Positions 12,708-26,127 are shown, counted from the first letter of the whole stretch. The stretch is DNA of 63,201 nucleotides, filler included, from Octopus bimaculoides (GCF_001194135.2; 4 parts of 4 records of this genome joined end to end with filler, not necessarily neighbours in it), one strand, 5' to 3'. The notes: generated by a model not told the origin, from the letters alone. A program made the numbers and translations.

Positions 12708-12773
12708 CTACAGTTTACATGAGGAAAGCATGATCTGTTTTTATAGAGACGGATTTCATGATATGTCAGAAGA
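12708..12773 (+). CDS. Candidate internal exon (YSLHEESMICFYRDGFHDMSE), product unknown
   Basis: Acceptor tttacag and donor gtaaaa; 66 nt, phase 2-2 open frame; no recognised homology. Confidence 0.25.
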
Positions 12774-14471
12774 GTAAAATATGATATACAGAAAGTAACA
12801 AAATTACTGAATCAGCTTGTCAGTTATGACCTATGTGTGCAATGAGAATTTGCTATGATTTATGAAATAAAGTAAACAAAATATACAGCCACAGTATAAA
12901 TTTTAAAATATTGATATCTGTATGAAAAAATTTCCATAAATAATCATTATTTTTTTTAATGTTAGAATGCCAAGAAATATTGAAGTGAATAAGTAAAACT
13001 ATACCTTATTAAATGAATTATCAGTAACAACAGATTTAAAAAAAATTTCCTCAAGAATTCTACACTTACAATATTTCTGCATACTTTCATTGTCTATATT
13101 GATATTAGAATAGCTCATTAAAATAATTAAGTTGTTTATTGATTGGAATTAATTGTTACAAATATGAAGGAATTTCATAATTGCTACTATATGAATGTTA
13201 GCTTGAGCATTTTATCAATATATTAATATATCAGTTTTCTAAAGAAAAATTCATTTCCTTATCCTTACATAAGTTTCCTGCAAAATACAATTAGATATCT
13301 ATATGTTTGATGCATCTTTGTATTTGAAATATGTGTAATTGTGTGATTGTGAAGATAAATATTTATTTTTCTGTTGGCAGTAAAGAAAATATTTTCAAAG
13401 TTTTCTAAATCCTACTAGATTATTATATACATAACTAATTGTCATGCACATGACATGCAAATAAGAATGATGCAGTAATAACAAGCAACCTTTTCAAAGT
13501 ACATCCAAATCTTAATTATCATAATGCATAGTATTAGTATCTACTCCCTATTAGCACACTACTTATATGTATGTTTGCTTATGTGTTTGTATAAGAGTGT
13601 CAACGTGTATGAGAGTGCATACATTTTATCAAGTCAACATCTAGAAATGCTTAAGATCAGGCATAAACATTTTCATATATATTTACATGCAAACATTTTA
13701 TAAGATGTCGATGCTCAAAAAAAAACAAAACAAACATTAAAATCTCATGCATTCATGCTTCAATTATAATACTTCCATGGTAGCATGACCAATCTAGTTT
13801 TAAGCATACTTTTGCATGCTTCATTCTCATCCATGCCTCATGCAACAATAATATTGTTTACATGCACAGCAAAATTAAGACAGGCATCATAACTAAGCAT
13901 GCTACATTTGTTGACATGATTTAAAACATATGTTTCTGTGTTTGTGTGGGCAACTGAACAATACCTAGGTATTTAAAATCATCTGATACATTTTGATACC
14001 ATTTGATGTCATTTGATTCTGTTTGATTCAAATGATTCCAAGAGATATCATTCAATATCATCTGATTTCATAAAAATATATTACAGAAATAATAAAAAGA
14101 AAAGAAAAGAATTCCAATCCAAACTAGAATCATGGAATCATGAATGCTGACAAAAAATTCTCACCAAAGTTTATATGAGCAATATTGATAGGTTGAAACT
14201 AGTGTTTCTTGATAAAAGAAAGAACCAACCGAAAACTAGTCTGATACATTGATAACTGAGAGCATGTAAAGTGGAATATGTATTTAGATAATGAAATAAA
14301 TATGACTATAATATATTTTGATGAATGCTATAAAAGCTTTACTTTGTATGTTGTAATGCACATGCATTCACATTATTATCAATTCGTGGAAATATACCAA
14401 AATATATCCCAACCCCTTTACATCTGGCACAAAAAGATTGCTAATATTATATGCTACTTCTTGTACAACAG

Positions 14472-14492
14472 ACAAGGATCTGAAGCCACTAG
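14472..14492 (+). CDS. Candidate 21-nt micro-exon
   Basis: Acceptor tacttcttgtacaacag and donor gtactt; phase-compatible with 12708-12773. Confidence 0.2.
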
Positions 14493-14750
14493 GTACTTCT
14501 ATAATGCTTGATGAACATTATACATATGCTCCAATCCACATAGTTATATAAGTCATAAAAAAAAAGAGAAAATGACGCAGTTAGAGAGACAGTCAGTAAA
14601 TTACTCTTTAAATGTTAAACCTTAAGTAAATTATCTTTGGAAGATGTGAGAAATTATAGCATACTATCTATAGGTATTGATAGAAAGTTATGAAGTATAA
14701 AATGAGTCATATTGTTTTACAGAGACAATGAAGGATATAAAGCATATAAA

Positions 14751-14803
<53 letters not shown>

Positions 14804-15029
14804 TTAATAATGAATTAGTTGAATAGGTTCTCAACATCACGGAGATGGATAAATAATACATTTTAAAGAGAATTTTTATCTTTCTGGCAGCTGAGGTTTC
14901 CTTCTGATGAAACTCAATAAAATTCAGCAATTTGCAACCAGAATTCAAAATATAAATAACACACCAACATTAATGTTGACGGTGTATGTGTTTCCATTTG
15001 TGTGCAAATGTACCATTTACTTTTACTTC

Positions 15030-15162
15030 ATTTAGTCATTGAACAGTGGATATGCCTTAGCTTGAAAAGTTTTTGTGAGACAAATCAACACCAGTTGTCA
15101 AGTAGTGGTGGGTGTAGGGGAAACTAATATGAACACAAAGACACACACGTACACACAAATAT

Positions 15163-15195
<33 letters not shown>

Positions 15196-15345
15196 ATGGA
15201 TTTCCACTCAGTTTCATTCACAAAGCATTGGACAGCTTGGGGTAGGAGACATATCCAAGGTGCTGCACAGTTGGGCTGAACTCAAAACCATATGGTTACA
15301 AAGCAAATTTCTTAACCACACAGCCATGTCTGTATCTACAAGTAG
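15030..15345 (-). mobile_element. Degenerate tRNA-derived SINE (family B)
   Basis: Reverse-complement similarity to 51528-51955, including the TGGCTGTGTGGTTAAG head. Confidence 0.7.
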
Positions 15346-15386
15346 TTCTGTGTCTACACAAGCACACACACACACACACACACACA

Positions 15387-15417
<31 letters not shown>

Positions 15418-15754
15418 CGAAATTAGTGTTGATTGTCAGAAGAAAGAATATTCAATACCATATTAGAGATTAATGGTGGTTTTATTTTGTGATTGAGTCA
15501 GTCTCTTGATTCTCTAGAGTTTTACCTGTACATTCAGTATCGTTAGGGAAATTATAAGTTTTGACTTGCATGATAAACCTAAGAATGCACAGGCAAAACT
15601 TCAGAGTAATAAAAGGATAAAGTTACATATATATATATATATATATAATTCAATAATAGGACGAATTCTTTTACAAGAATTTCGGTAAAAATGTGCTTTT
15701 TATAGTAGTCTGACCTTAGAGTCCCTCATGGCGTGAGGCGTTATTGTATAGTAA

Positions 15755-16440
15755 TGCACATTACCAGAATGGCAACAAAGTGCAGACGATTGGCTGGATG
15801 GATCCTGAGAACATTCAGAACCAGAGATAAGGAAACCATGATGATTCTCTGGAGGACATTTGTGCTCAGCCGCCTGGATTACTGCTCACAGCTGTGGTCA
15901 CCCACCAGTCTGAAATTAACAGCAGACCTTGAAGCAATCCAGAGGAGATTCACAANNNNNNNNNNNNNNNNNNNNNNNNNNNNNNNNNNNNNNNNNNNNN
16001 NNNNNNNNNNNNNNNNNNNNNNNNNNNNNNNNNNNNNNNNNNNNNNNNNNNNNNNNNNNNNNNNNNNNNNNNNNNNNNNNNNNNNNNNNNNNNNNNNNNN
16101 NNNNNNNNNNNNNNNNGTGCCAAAGATCCCAGCAATGCCATCGCACTTCAGGACCAGTTACTGCAGCAGCTTGGGATTCAGGGGCCCACAGCTTTGTAAT
16201 ATTCTCCCAAAGAGCCTGAGGAATCTGCACAAAGTAGATGTAGGAGTTTTTAAATCAAAGCTGGACCTCTTCCTATCGAGAGTCCCAGATGAACCTACCT
16301 CGCGGCAGGAGGTGCAAATGAGGGTTGCTAAATCAAACTCCATTCTTCACCAAGTGCCACATATTGTAAGAGGCTCCCTGTAATAACAGTGTAGCAACAC
16401 GGTGGTGCATCAGCATGGCTGCAGCTCTAAGCTGAAACTT
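15755..16440 (+). mobile_element. CR1-group LINE 3' fragment (RT C-terminus and 3' UTR)
   Basis: ORF contains GWILRTFRTRD...SRLDYCSQLWSP...LEAIQRRFT...FKSKLDLFL, typical of the post-RT region of CR1/L2-group LINEs. It ends in a stem-loop and poly-A. Confidence 0.9.
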
Positions 16441-16441
16441 T

Positions 16442-16472
<31 letters not shown>

Positions 16473-16562
16473 TATATGTTTACATACATGCATATTTACA
16501 AAGAAACATGTGTATATGCATATATATATATATAGGTACATTTATAAATACATCTAAGTGAA

Positions 16563-17257
16563 TAAAATTTTTATTCACTCCAATGTTTTGCTTGTATACA
16601 AACAACGTGGTTTAATGCAACAATGTTTTTTTGTGGTTTTTAGGTTTTGACTGCCATTTTTAGCATGCAAGAAATCCATATGGTGGTTTTCTCGCCATGT
16701 ATGTTTCATACACTATTATATTTTAAAATATTTATGTCTTCTGACTCTTATTATGCATGCTGGCCACTGGTAAAGATTATTTGATAATTTTTACCCTTGT
16801 ATTCATAAATTTAAATATTTAAATCCTTCAGCTGGATAGTATATGTTTAAATTTATTCACTGCTATACTACTTTGGTTTCACATGTTGATTTGAGGTGAA
16901 TCCTTAATGTATAAACATGGCACTGAATGCGCATGTGTTTACTTTCTGTTTTCCATACGTATTGTAGTCTCATATTTATACATTTTAAAGTGACCATACT
17001 GACAAGCTACAAATGATTAATTAATCAATTAATTATCTTATTAGTTGATTTATTTGGTCATTAATAGTGAAACTCATGGGTATAAGATTAACTAAAATTT
17101 TTATTCACTCAAATGTCTTGCTTGCGTACAAACAACGTGCTTTAATGTAAGAATGTTGTTCCTTGTTTTCGGCTTTGACTGCCATTTTTAGCATGTAAGA
17201 AATCCACATGGTGGTTTTCTCTCCATGTATGCTTCATACACTATTATATTCAAAAAT
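16563..17257. repeat. Two diverged ~165-bp direct repeats (16563-16730, 17093-17257)
   Basis: Shared TTTATTCACTC...TTTGACTGCCATTTTTAGCATG...CATACACTATTATATT, period ~530 bp. Confidence 0.9.
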
Positions 17258-17374
17258 ATATATAGATACATATATATTAGATATGTGTGGCTATGTAGAT
17301 GATACAAAAGTCTTTCAGGGGATACAGAACCCTGGAAATATTGTGCACCTGCTATAGGAATTGAACACAATATA

Positions 17375-17450
17375 TGGATGGGCTGAAGGCAGTAACATGC
17401 AGTTTAGCACTGGAAAATTCCAAATCCTGTGCTACCAAAGATACAGGTAA
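17375..17450 (+). mobile_element. Small LINE RT fragment
   Basis: WAEGSNMQFSTGKFQIL resembles WANENNMHLNTEKFQV at ~23.06 kb. Confidence 0.55.
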
Positions 17451-18784
17451 TACCGAGTAAGTGCTGTATACCGACTAGTTTTACCCCTGTCATTGTAGCA
17501 ACATGAGTGGGGATTATAACATAGATCATGTATTAGCGTGTGTATGTATAAAGAAAGAAAAGGATAAAGAGACCAATGGCAAAGTTAGAATTATATTTTA
17601 TGTATAAAGTCTTACAGCTGTTTCAGGGAAAATCCAATGTATCCCTTCATCGGAGACCATAATAGTAGAAGAATGGATTATTACATCTATATTACATCTT
17701 ACTACAAATCTCCTCTTATAGATGTAATAATCCATTCTTCTACTATTACCGTCTNNNNNNNNNNNNNNNNNNNNNNNNNNNNNNNNNNNNNNNNNNNNNN
17801 NNNNNNNNNNNNNNNNNNNNNNNNNNNNNNNNNNNNNNNNNNNNNNNNNNNNNNNNNNNNNNNNNNNNNNNNNNNNNNNNNNNNNNNNNNNNNNNNNNNN
17901 NNNNNNNNNNNNNNNNNNNNNNNNNNNNNNNNNNNNNNNNNNNNNNNNNNNNNNNNNNNNNNNNNNNNNNNNNNNNNNNNNNNNNNNNNNNNNNNNNNNN
18001 NNNNNNNNNNNNNNNNNNNNNNNNNNNNNNNNNNNNNNNNNNNNNNNNNNNNNNNNNNNNNNNNNNNNNNNNNNNNNNNNNNNNNNNNNNNNNNNNNNNN
18101 NNNNNNNNNNNNNNNNNNNNNNNNNNNNNNNNNNNNNNNNNNNNNNNNNNNNNNNNNNNNNNNNNNNNNNNNNNNNNNNNNNNNNNNNNNNNNNNNNNNN
18201 NNNNNNNNNNNNNNNNNNNNNNNNNNNNNNNNNNNNNNNNNNNNNNNNNNNNNNNNNNNNNNNNNNNNNNNNNNNNNNNNNNNNNNNNNNNNNNNNNNNN
18301 NNNNNNNNNNNNNNNNNNNNNNNNNNNNNNNNNNNNNNNNNNNNNNNNNNNNNNNNNNNNNNNNNNNNNNNNNNNNNNNNNNNNNNNNNNNNNNNNNNNN
18401 NNNNNNNNNNNNNNNNNNNNNNNNNNNNNNNNNNNNNNNNNNNNNNNNNNNNNNNNNNNNNNNNNNNNNNNNNNNNNNNNNNNNNNNNNNNNNNNNNNNN
18501 NNNNNNNNNNNNNNNNNNNNNNNNNNNNNNNNNNNNNNNNNGTACCGATGCCCATGAGGTTACATGATATATATATATATATATGTATGTATGTATATAT
18601 ATATGTGGGTGTGTATATATATATATATATATAACAAATTAAAAGGGTAAAGATTTATAAATGCTTGCTGATCCCTTAATTATGTTTATAAATATATATA
18701 TATATATATATATATACATGGCTGTATATATATATGTGTATATATACTTGGCTGTATATATAAATATATATATATATATATGTA

Positions 18785-19070
18785 CTTGAGCATGATCAAT
18801 GCCGGTGGCACGTGACTGACTCCTGTGCCGGTGGCACATAAAAAGGACCATTCAAACATGGTCGATGCCAATACTGCCTGACTGACTCTCATGCTAGTGG
18901 CATGTAAAAAGAACCCATTACACTCTCGAAGAGGTTGGCCTTAAGAAGGACGTCCAGCTGTAGAAATCAGATTGGGGCCTGGCGCAGCCTTCTGGCCTGC
19001 CAGCCCTAGGTCAAACCGTCCAACCTATGGCAGCATGGAAAGCGGACGTTAAACAACGACGATGATGATT
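18785..19070 (+). mobile_element. SINE family M copy
   Basis: GGTTGGCCTTAAGAAGGACGTCCAGCTGTAGAAA...CATGGAAAGCGGACGTTAAACAACGACGATGATGA. Confidence 0.75.
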
Positions 19071-19164
19071 ATGGCTGTATACATACATACATACATACAT
19101 ACACATACACATATATATATATGCCGAGACACACACACACATATATGCCCAAACACACACACAT

Positions 19165-19500
19165 ACATAATTTCTGTAACTGGCACTCTGTCAGTTAAGA
19201 CGATTGAGGGTTCCAGTTGATCCAATGAATGGAACAGCCTGCTTGTGAAATTAATGTACAAATGGCTGAGCATTCCACAGACACATGTCCCTTATCATAT
19301 TTCTCAGGGAGATTGAGCATGACCCAATGTGACAAGGCTGGCCCTGTGAATTATAGGTACAACTCATTTTTGCCAGCTGAGTCAACTGGAACAATGTGAA
19401 ATAAAGTATCTTGCAGAAGGACACAATGTGTCGACAGGTGTCAAACTCATGACTTTATGATTTTGTGGTAAATACCCTAACCACTTAGCCATGTGCATTC
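19165..19500 (-). mobile_element. SINE family C copy
   Basis: Homologous to 1085-1370; minus-strand head GCACATGGCTAAGTGGTTAGGG is A-box-like. Confidence 0.6.
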
Positions 19501-20273
19501 ACTATACATATTTGTATATACTATTATCATCATCATCCTTTTATGTCCATATTCCATGTTGGCATGTGTTGGACATTCTGACAGGAATTAATGTGTCCCA
19601 AGACTGCATCATACTCCTATGTCTGCATTGCTGTGATTTCTGCTGCTGGATACCCTTCCTACTGCCAACTATGTTACAGTGTGTACTGTTTTGTTTCAAT
19701 ACACAAGTGCTAGTGATGTTGCCATGCAGCATGTAAGACTAAAATCTCTTCAAATGTGCTGGCCTGCAGTCAAAAGGGAGAAAGGTGGTCTTACATTAGG
19801 GGATGAGGGGTTAAAGTGTGAGATATGCCAGAACAGACTTGATTTATTGCTGTATTGTACCTACAGTTCTACTTAGATTACAGAAGAAAAGGTGGGATTG
19901 GCCGTGATGGAGATAAAAACAGTTGATGTAAATGGGTGCAGGAGAAGAGTAAGCATGGGTGAGTAGAGATTATAACACTATAAGGGACAGTAAGATATGG
20001 TCAGAGATAAAAAAAGGGTGAGAGTGACGGTAGGGAAGATAAGGTGATAGGTGTAGAAATTAGGTAGGGTTGACAGATGAGATTGAGAAGACATAGTGAT
20101 GAAGTAGGTGGGATGAAGTGCGATGGGTAGGCATACTGAATGAAAGAATCTGGGACACATGGTAGTAGAAGAGAGATAATTTGTTGACTCAGAAAGATGA
20201 ACAATGTAAAACTGAGAAGACAGGACAGTGTGTGTGTGTGTGTATATACAAATGCACACAAATATATGTATAA

Positions 20274-20334
<61 letters not shown>

Positions 20335-20959
20335 CATACATACATACAAATACATATATACACACATATATGTACATACACACATGTCCATCCATTTATC
20401 CATTTTCACTGCTCACTATACCTGGAAGGGTCACAGAGGTTATGCCCTCTGGCACATCCTGCACTGGGTCTTATCAGTGGCAACCATTATTACACTTTCC
20501 TGGTGGATTCCCAAGCATAACCAACTGAGACAATGAATATTATTCAACTATTTTATTTTTGGTCTATTCTTTATTTTTCCTGCTGGTTGACTCAGCTTAA
20601 AGAATCGATCTTGCAGTCCTTTACTACAGCATGCTAGCCATATATCTATCTATCTATACATACATACATACATACATGCATGCATGCATGCATACATATA
20701 TATATAGATAAATATATACATAAATGTATGTATATATGTACACATGCATGTATACATTATACATTTATGTACATGCCTATAAATATTTATGCATATATGA
20801 ACATACATATACATGTATAATATATATTCTTATATATGCATATGTGTATATGTGTGTGTATGTATGTCTATATATATAAATACATACATACATATATATA
20901 CACATGCATAAAAACACACACATACAAAATATAATTTGGACCAAAACTGGTAGAAACCA

Positions 20960-21330
20960 AAAGAATCATCAACTGAAATCAAAATCATGTATTCTTTGCT
21001 CGGCCACTTTGGTTAAAGTTATGCAAATAAAATGTAACATGGTGAACAGAATATTATTTTCCAAATTGGTGAACACAACTTTCAAAATTGACATGGAAAA
21101 AGTTTGTGAATCTCCAGAAGTCATCAGATATATGTATATATAAATGAATAGTGTATAAGATGAGGATTCAAAGAATTTCGTGGCTATCACAGAGAACTTC
21201 TCTTACAAACTCGGCTACCAGACCACAAGTAATCAATGACAAAGAAGTGTAATGTAGAGTGTCCGTGTAACTGAAAATCCAGAAGATTATTTGATGAGCC
21301 ATATATAAAACCATAAAGTCAGGTGGTGTG
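20960..21330 (+). pseudogene. Possible highly decayed Ty3/Gypsy-like integrase remnant
   Basis: Frame-scattered motifs GHFG, YYFPN and SATRPQ resemble the integrase HHCC zinc finger and the SAYHPQ motif. Confidence 0.3.
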
Positions 21331-21345
21331 AGATGTGAATACATA

Positions 21346-22571
21346 TTGGGTTGGCAACTAAGTTCCCAACGTTGTTTTAAATTTTGGGATTTATTGCGTT
21401 TTTAAATTTTGGAATCTATTTTTTTTGAGAATTCTATTTTTGAATCATTTTGGAATCTATTTTGTTTTTTTTCTAGTTAAAATGGAATGTCAAATTAAGA
21501 AAAATAAGCATTTTCGACACCTCCTTTTTGCTTTTAATCAAGGTTCTAAGGCTGCAAAAGCTGCTCGTGACATTTGTGCTGTGTATGGAGAAGGTGCCAT
21601 TGCTGAAAGAACCGGTATGAAGTGAAAGAATTGGTATGTCAAGTTAAAAAATGGAAATTTTGACCTCAAAGACGCACCTTGTTTTGGCAGTCCAGTTGAG
21701 TTTGATGAAGAGCGATTAAACCAACTTTTGCACGAAAATTCTCGTCAAACGACAAGGGAACTGGCAGAGAAAATGGAATGCTCCCACACTGCTATATAGA
21801 AGCATCTTCACTCGATGGGAAAGGTTCAGAAGTATGGAGCATGGGTTCTGCATGCTTTATGTGACAACAACAAAAATAAATGAGCCACAATCTCCGCTGG
21901 TTTGCTTGCTCGTCACCACTCAACTCATGGACACAAACAACGATTTCTTTACCAAATCATTACTGGTGATGTAAAATGGTGCCTGTACATCAATATGAAG
22001 CAGCATAAGGAATAGCTTAGCTCTGGTAAACAAGCAACACTGCGCGTGAAACAAGATCTTCATCGGTGTAAAATGATGTGCGTATGGGGAGACTAGGAAG
22101 GGATTATCCATTATGAATTGCTTGAACGGAACCAAAAGGTCAGAACGACTTAACATGGCTATTTGTGAGAAAAGACCTAATCGGCAGCATGGAGTTCTTC
22201 TGCTGCACGACAACACCCGCCCTCATATCGCCAATATGACCAAGGAAGCCATTCAAACGCATGGCTGGGAAGTGCTGCCACACCCGCCATACTCTCCTGA
22301 TTTGGCACCAATGGATTTCCACCTCTGTCGATCTCTTTCAAATGCTATGTGCGGAGTTTCATTCAATACTGATGCAGAATTGAGAGCTTGGTTGGATCAA
22401 TTTTTCGAGTGATTTCTACCAAGGAGGTATTGAAAATCTTGCTGAACGTTGGGAAGAAGTTGTAAACAACAAGGATGAATACATTATTGATTAATTAGTT
22501 GTTATTTTTGTTATTAAACCTTTAAAAAATTTAAATTTAAAAAAACAGCAGGAACTTAATTACCAATCCAA
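21346..22571 (+). mobile_element. Mariner (Tc1/mariner) transposon, near full length, transposase pseudogenised
   Basis: TIRs TTGGGTTGGCAACTAAGTTCC / GGAACTTAATTACCAATCCAA with TA flanks. Motifs WVLH, ITGDVKW, LHDNTRPH and YSPDLAPMDFHL; stops and frameshifts present. Confidence 0.95.
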
Positions 22572-22959
22572 TATTTGCCTAACCACATGACTTCTGTAGG
22601 ATTATGGTCATATTGCAACCTTCTTCTTGAAGTATTAATTTCAGTTTGGAAGAAATTATGTGAGTATGTTCACATTATTGCATACATAAAGAGGAAATTT
22701 TGTGTGTTTATTTAGAGTTGAATTGTTGGTATGACCATGATGTTGTGATGAGCTGATAAGCTAACTTTCTTTGTATAACTTTTTGAAAATACAGCTGTAT
22801 TGTATAATACTGAGTGTATATATTAATGCAAACATGTACACATAATTTCTTCCATACTGAAATGAAAACTACATGAAGAATGTTGTGAAACAGTCATAAT
22901 CCTATGCAAGTCACGTGATTAACTAAATATATATTTACCTCTCATACCTCCTGAACTTT

Positions 22960-23922
22960 AGCCACCCTCGTCAACTATGCTCATGATACAAAATTATCAC
23001 AAGCGATGAAAACTCTTGCTAACATCCTAAAACTGCAGAAAAACCTCAATGCAATGTACAAATGGGCTAATGAAAATAACATGCATCTCAATACTGAGAA
23101 GTTTCAAGTATTCCACTATTGTCCCCCCAAATTACTACAGTTGGAATACACAGTACCAGGGGGTATTGCAATCCCAGAGTCAGCGTTGGTGTGTGACCTG
23201 AGAATCCACATAAGTAATGATGTAACATTTTATGCGCATATTATTGAGATGGCAACATAGTGCAGGTAAGTAGCTGTATGGGGTCTGGGGTTGCTCAGAA
23301 CCAGGAAGAAGGATACCATGCTACTCCTATGGACAACTTCTCAGTCATCTGAATTACTGCTCCCAACTCTAGTCACTGAAGAGTGTCAAAGTGGTGGCAG
23401 AACTTGAGGCAATTCAGCGCCACTACACAAAAATGATTGACTCAGTGCATTAGAAGAGCTACTGAGAGAGGCTAAAGGAACTGAAGCTCTATTTCCTAGA
23501 TAGAAGGCATGAAAAATATGTAGTGATATACATATGGAAGATTCGGGAAGGACTAGCTCCTAACTTTAGAATAGAAAGCTATATCAACTACTGAACTGGA
23601 CAGCACTGCATAATACCAAAGACCCTGTCTTCTTCATCTTGGATAAGGACCCAGTATTGCAACAGCTTAGGTTTCAAGGGCTCACATCTACTCAGAATTC
23701 AGCCAAATAAACTCAGACATTCACAAGGTGTAGATGTAGAGGTCTTCAAAGAATGTCTTGACAAATTTTTATCTGAAATATTAGGTGAACTCACGTCGCA
23801 GCAGGAGGCGCAAAGAAAAGCAACTCTATCCAACTTACTACTTCATCAGAAATAATAAAGAAAAGAAATCCAATCACACTAAAAGGTGGTATCCCAGCAT
23901 GACCTCAGCCTTTGGCTGAAAC
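22960..23922 (+). mobile_element. CR1-group LINE 3' fragment, decayed
   Basis: YAHDTK (YADD-like), KWANENNMHLNTEKFQ, and downstream similarity to 15755-16440 including the terminal stem-loop. Confidence 0.85.
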
Positions 23923-23949
23923 CAGCGACAGATGCAAGATACATATATG

Positions 23950-24500
23950 TATGTATCAGTTTAAAGGCATATTTATAAAATACACCATGCATCTCCAAGT
24001 AATCTTTCAGGCTCTGTTTATGCACTACATGTATTAAAAAAACTAGGACACTGGACAGTAAGAAAATAAGACATGGAAGAAAATGTGAAGAAGGTTGCTG
24101 CAAAAAATGGGACAAGATGAAAAAAACAAAACGAGAAAACTAAGATCCTTATAACAGAAGCATGTCAAAGCCTGCAAGACAGCAACTGAATCACAGACCT
24201 TTTCTGTCATTTTGTTCTGTACTAGTTGTATTTAATGTATTGTTTGCAATCAGGGAGGACTTGGATTTTAGTTTTCTTGATTTTGTTTCTTCTCATTCCA
24301 TTTTCCGCAGCAACCTTCATGTTTCTTGTACATTTAAAAAAAATTTTCTCACTGTCCAGTGCTCTTGCTTTTTAAAATATATAACATAAACAAAGTCTGA
24401 AAGATTGCTTGGAGATATATATATATATATCTCCAAGCAATCTTTCAGACTATATACACTATATAGTGTATTTTATAAAAATGCCTGTTCAAGTATCATA
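23950..24500. mobile_element. Foldback/MITE-like element with long diverged inverted arms and a nested perfect 58-bp palindrome (24394-24451)
   Basis: Termini GGCATATTTATAAAATACAC / GTGTATTTTATAAAAATGCC. Inner arms pair, e.g. GAAGGTTGCTGC/GCAGCAACCTTC and CACTGGACAGT/ACTGTCCAGTG. Confidence 0.8.
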
Positions 24501-24619
24501 AAAGCTCAGAAATATTAGTAACTCCTTCGGTTGTGTGTTAAATTGATATGTATCTCTTACTGAATGGAATACTTTATTTGTTGATTCTACCTCTATTGGA
24601 TGGATCTCTCTCTCTACCA

Positions 24620-24790
24620 TTCAGATGTGGCTAATGCCAGTGCCACCTGACTGGTTTTCACGTTGGTGGCATTAAAAAGCATAAACTACACTCTCAGAGT
24701 GGTTGGCATTAGGAAGAACATCCACCTGTAAAAACCTTGCTAAATCATATTGGAGCCTAGTGCAGCCTCCTGGCCTGTCAGTTCTCAGTC
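24620..24790 (+). mobile_element. SINE family M, degenerate
   Basis: GAGTGGTTGGCATTAGGAAGAACATCCACCTGTAAAAACC. Confidence 0.65.
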
Positions 24791-25379
24791 AATTTGTGTA
24801 AAGAAAAGCAGCAAATAATTTATGTAGCTTCATATATATAGCTTCATTTATATAGAAGATCAATAATTAAAAATAACAGATGCTAAAAAGAAACACACAC
24901 ACAATACAGTAAGAAAAGTATTAAATATAGCCGTTAACGAATATGGATGTATAAATGCCCTCACATGGGTTGTATGGTGCATGTACACTTGCTCACACAA
25001 ACATCCGCAAAGATGTAAGCGTATGCTCAAGTGCAGTTTGGCACACATATGTTCACATAGTAAATTAAATAGCTACTTAATGTTTATAAGAATAGGGAGG
25101 TTAGAGCTAAATTTAATTCATCCATACCTTAAAGTGAATTATGATTATTTATTAGGTTAATGGTTATTCAAATTCATTCCCACTGCATTGTGTGAAAGTG
25201 TATTTATATGCATGTAAACATCTTGAGAGTCTTTTAGAAATTCTATTAATGATCTTCTCATTAGTCCACAGAATAGACAGGGATTCATCAGAGCAGAGTT
25301 TGGCATCTCCTGGAAATATTATATAGTCTTGCATGCCTTACTATATACCAAGTTACGTTATACTTAATTTCATCTTAAG

Positions 25380-25980
25380 TCACCACACAAAACCAGCCAA
25401 AGATGTTGAATGTCTCTTGTTGATTTTCTTGAAGCTGGTGACATGGTTGCAATAAGGATTTGTGAATGAATCAGTCATTGCCCCAATGTAAATATACAGT
25501 CCTCCCGTTGTGTGTACGGTACATTTATATACAAGATTTGTACTCATACAGAGGTTATTAATGGGCATCTTGATTTTTCTCTGCATGAGCATTTATTATA
25601 TTTAGTTGTATATATGGTATTCTGACTGAATTTTCTGGTGTTGTTACAGTGTTAGCTATATCACTATTATTGCAACTATCACAACATAGTTGTATCTGGT
25701 GTTTTTCCTTGCAGTTTACATCTCCTTTCTCGGTATTTTGGTGTATGTGTTTTCTAGTTCCAGTAGGTGGGCTATTGAACTGTTGTTTTATTTTACTATC
25801 GTTAATGCGGTGCATATGTTGCAAGATACCGTCATGGTGTGTCTATTAAAAATAGCATGGTATCTATCTGATTTGGAGAAGTATTTGTTTAAAGCAGCAA
25901 AAAGATCCCTAGCGATCTTTGTCGAAACATGTGAACTGAAGATTGGGTGGTACTAGAGAACAACCTGAGTCCTATATTTG
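25380..25980 (-). mobile_element. Penelope-like element remnant (GIY-YIG endonuclease region)
   Basis: Minus ORF NLVYKCTVHTTGGLYIYIG...NHVTSFK...STSLAGFVW matches the PLE GIY-YIG consensus. Confidence 0.8.
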
Positions 25981-26014
25981 TTGTTTGACTTATTTATTCT
26001 GGTGTGTTGTGTGT

Positions 26015-26046
<32 letters not shown>

Positions 26047-26089
26047 GCTCACATACACACATACCATATATACATACTTAGGTACATAC

Positions 26090-26124
<35 letters not shown>

Positions 26125-26127
<3 letters not shown>

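Noticed and set aside
14890-14920. CTGATGA...GAAAC as a hammerhead
   Set aside because: The words overlap (CTGATGAAAC) with no stem II; only a short hairpin.
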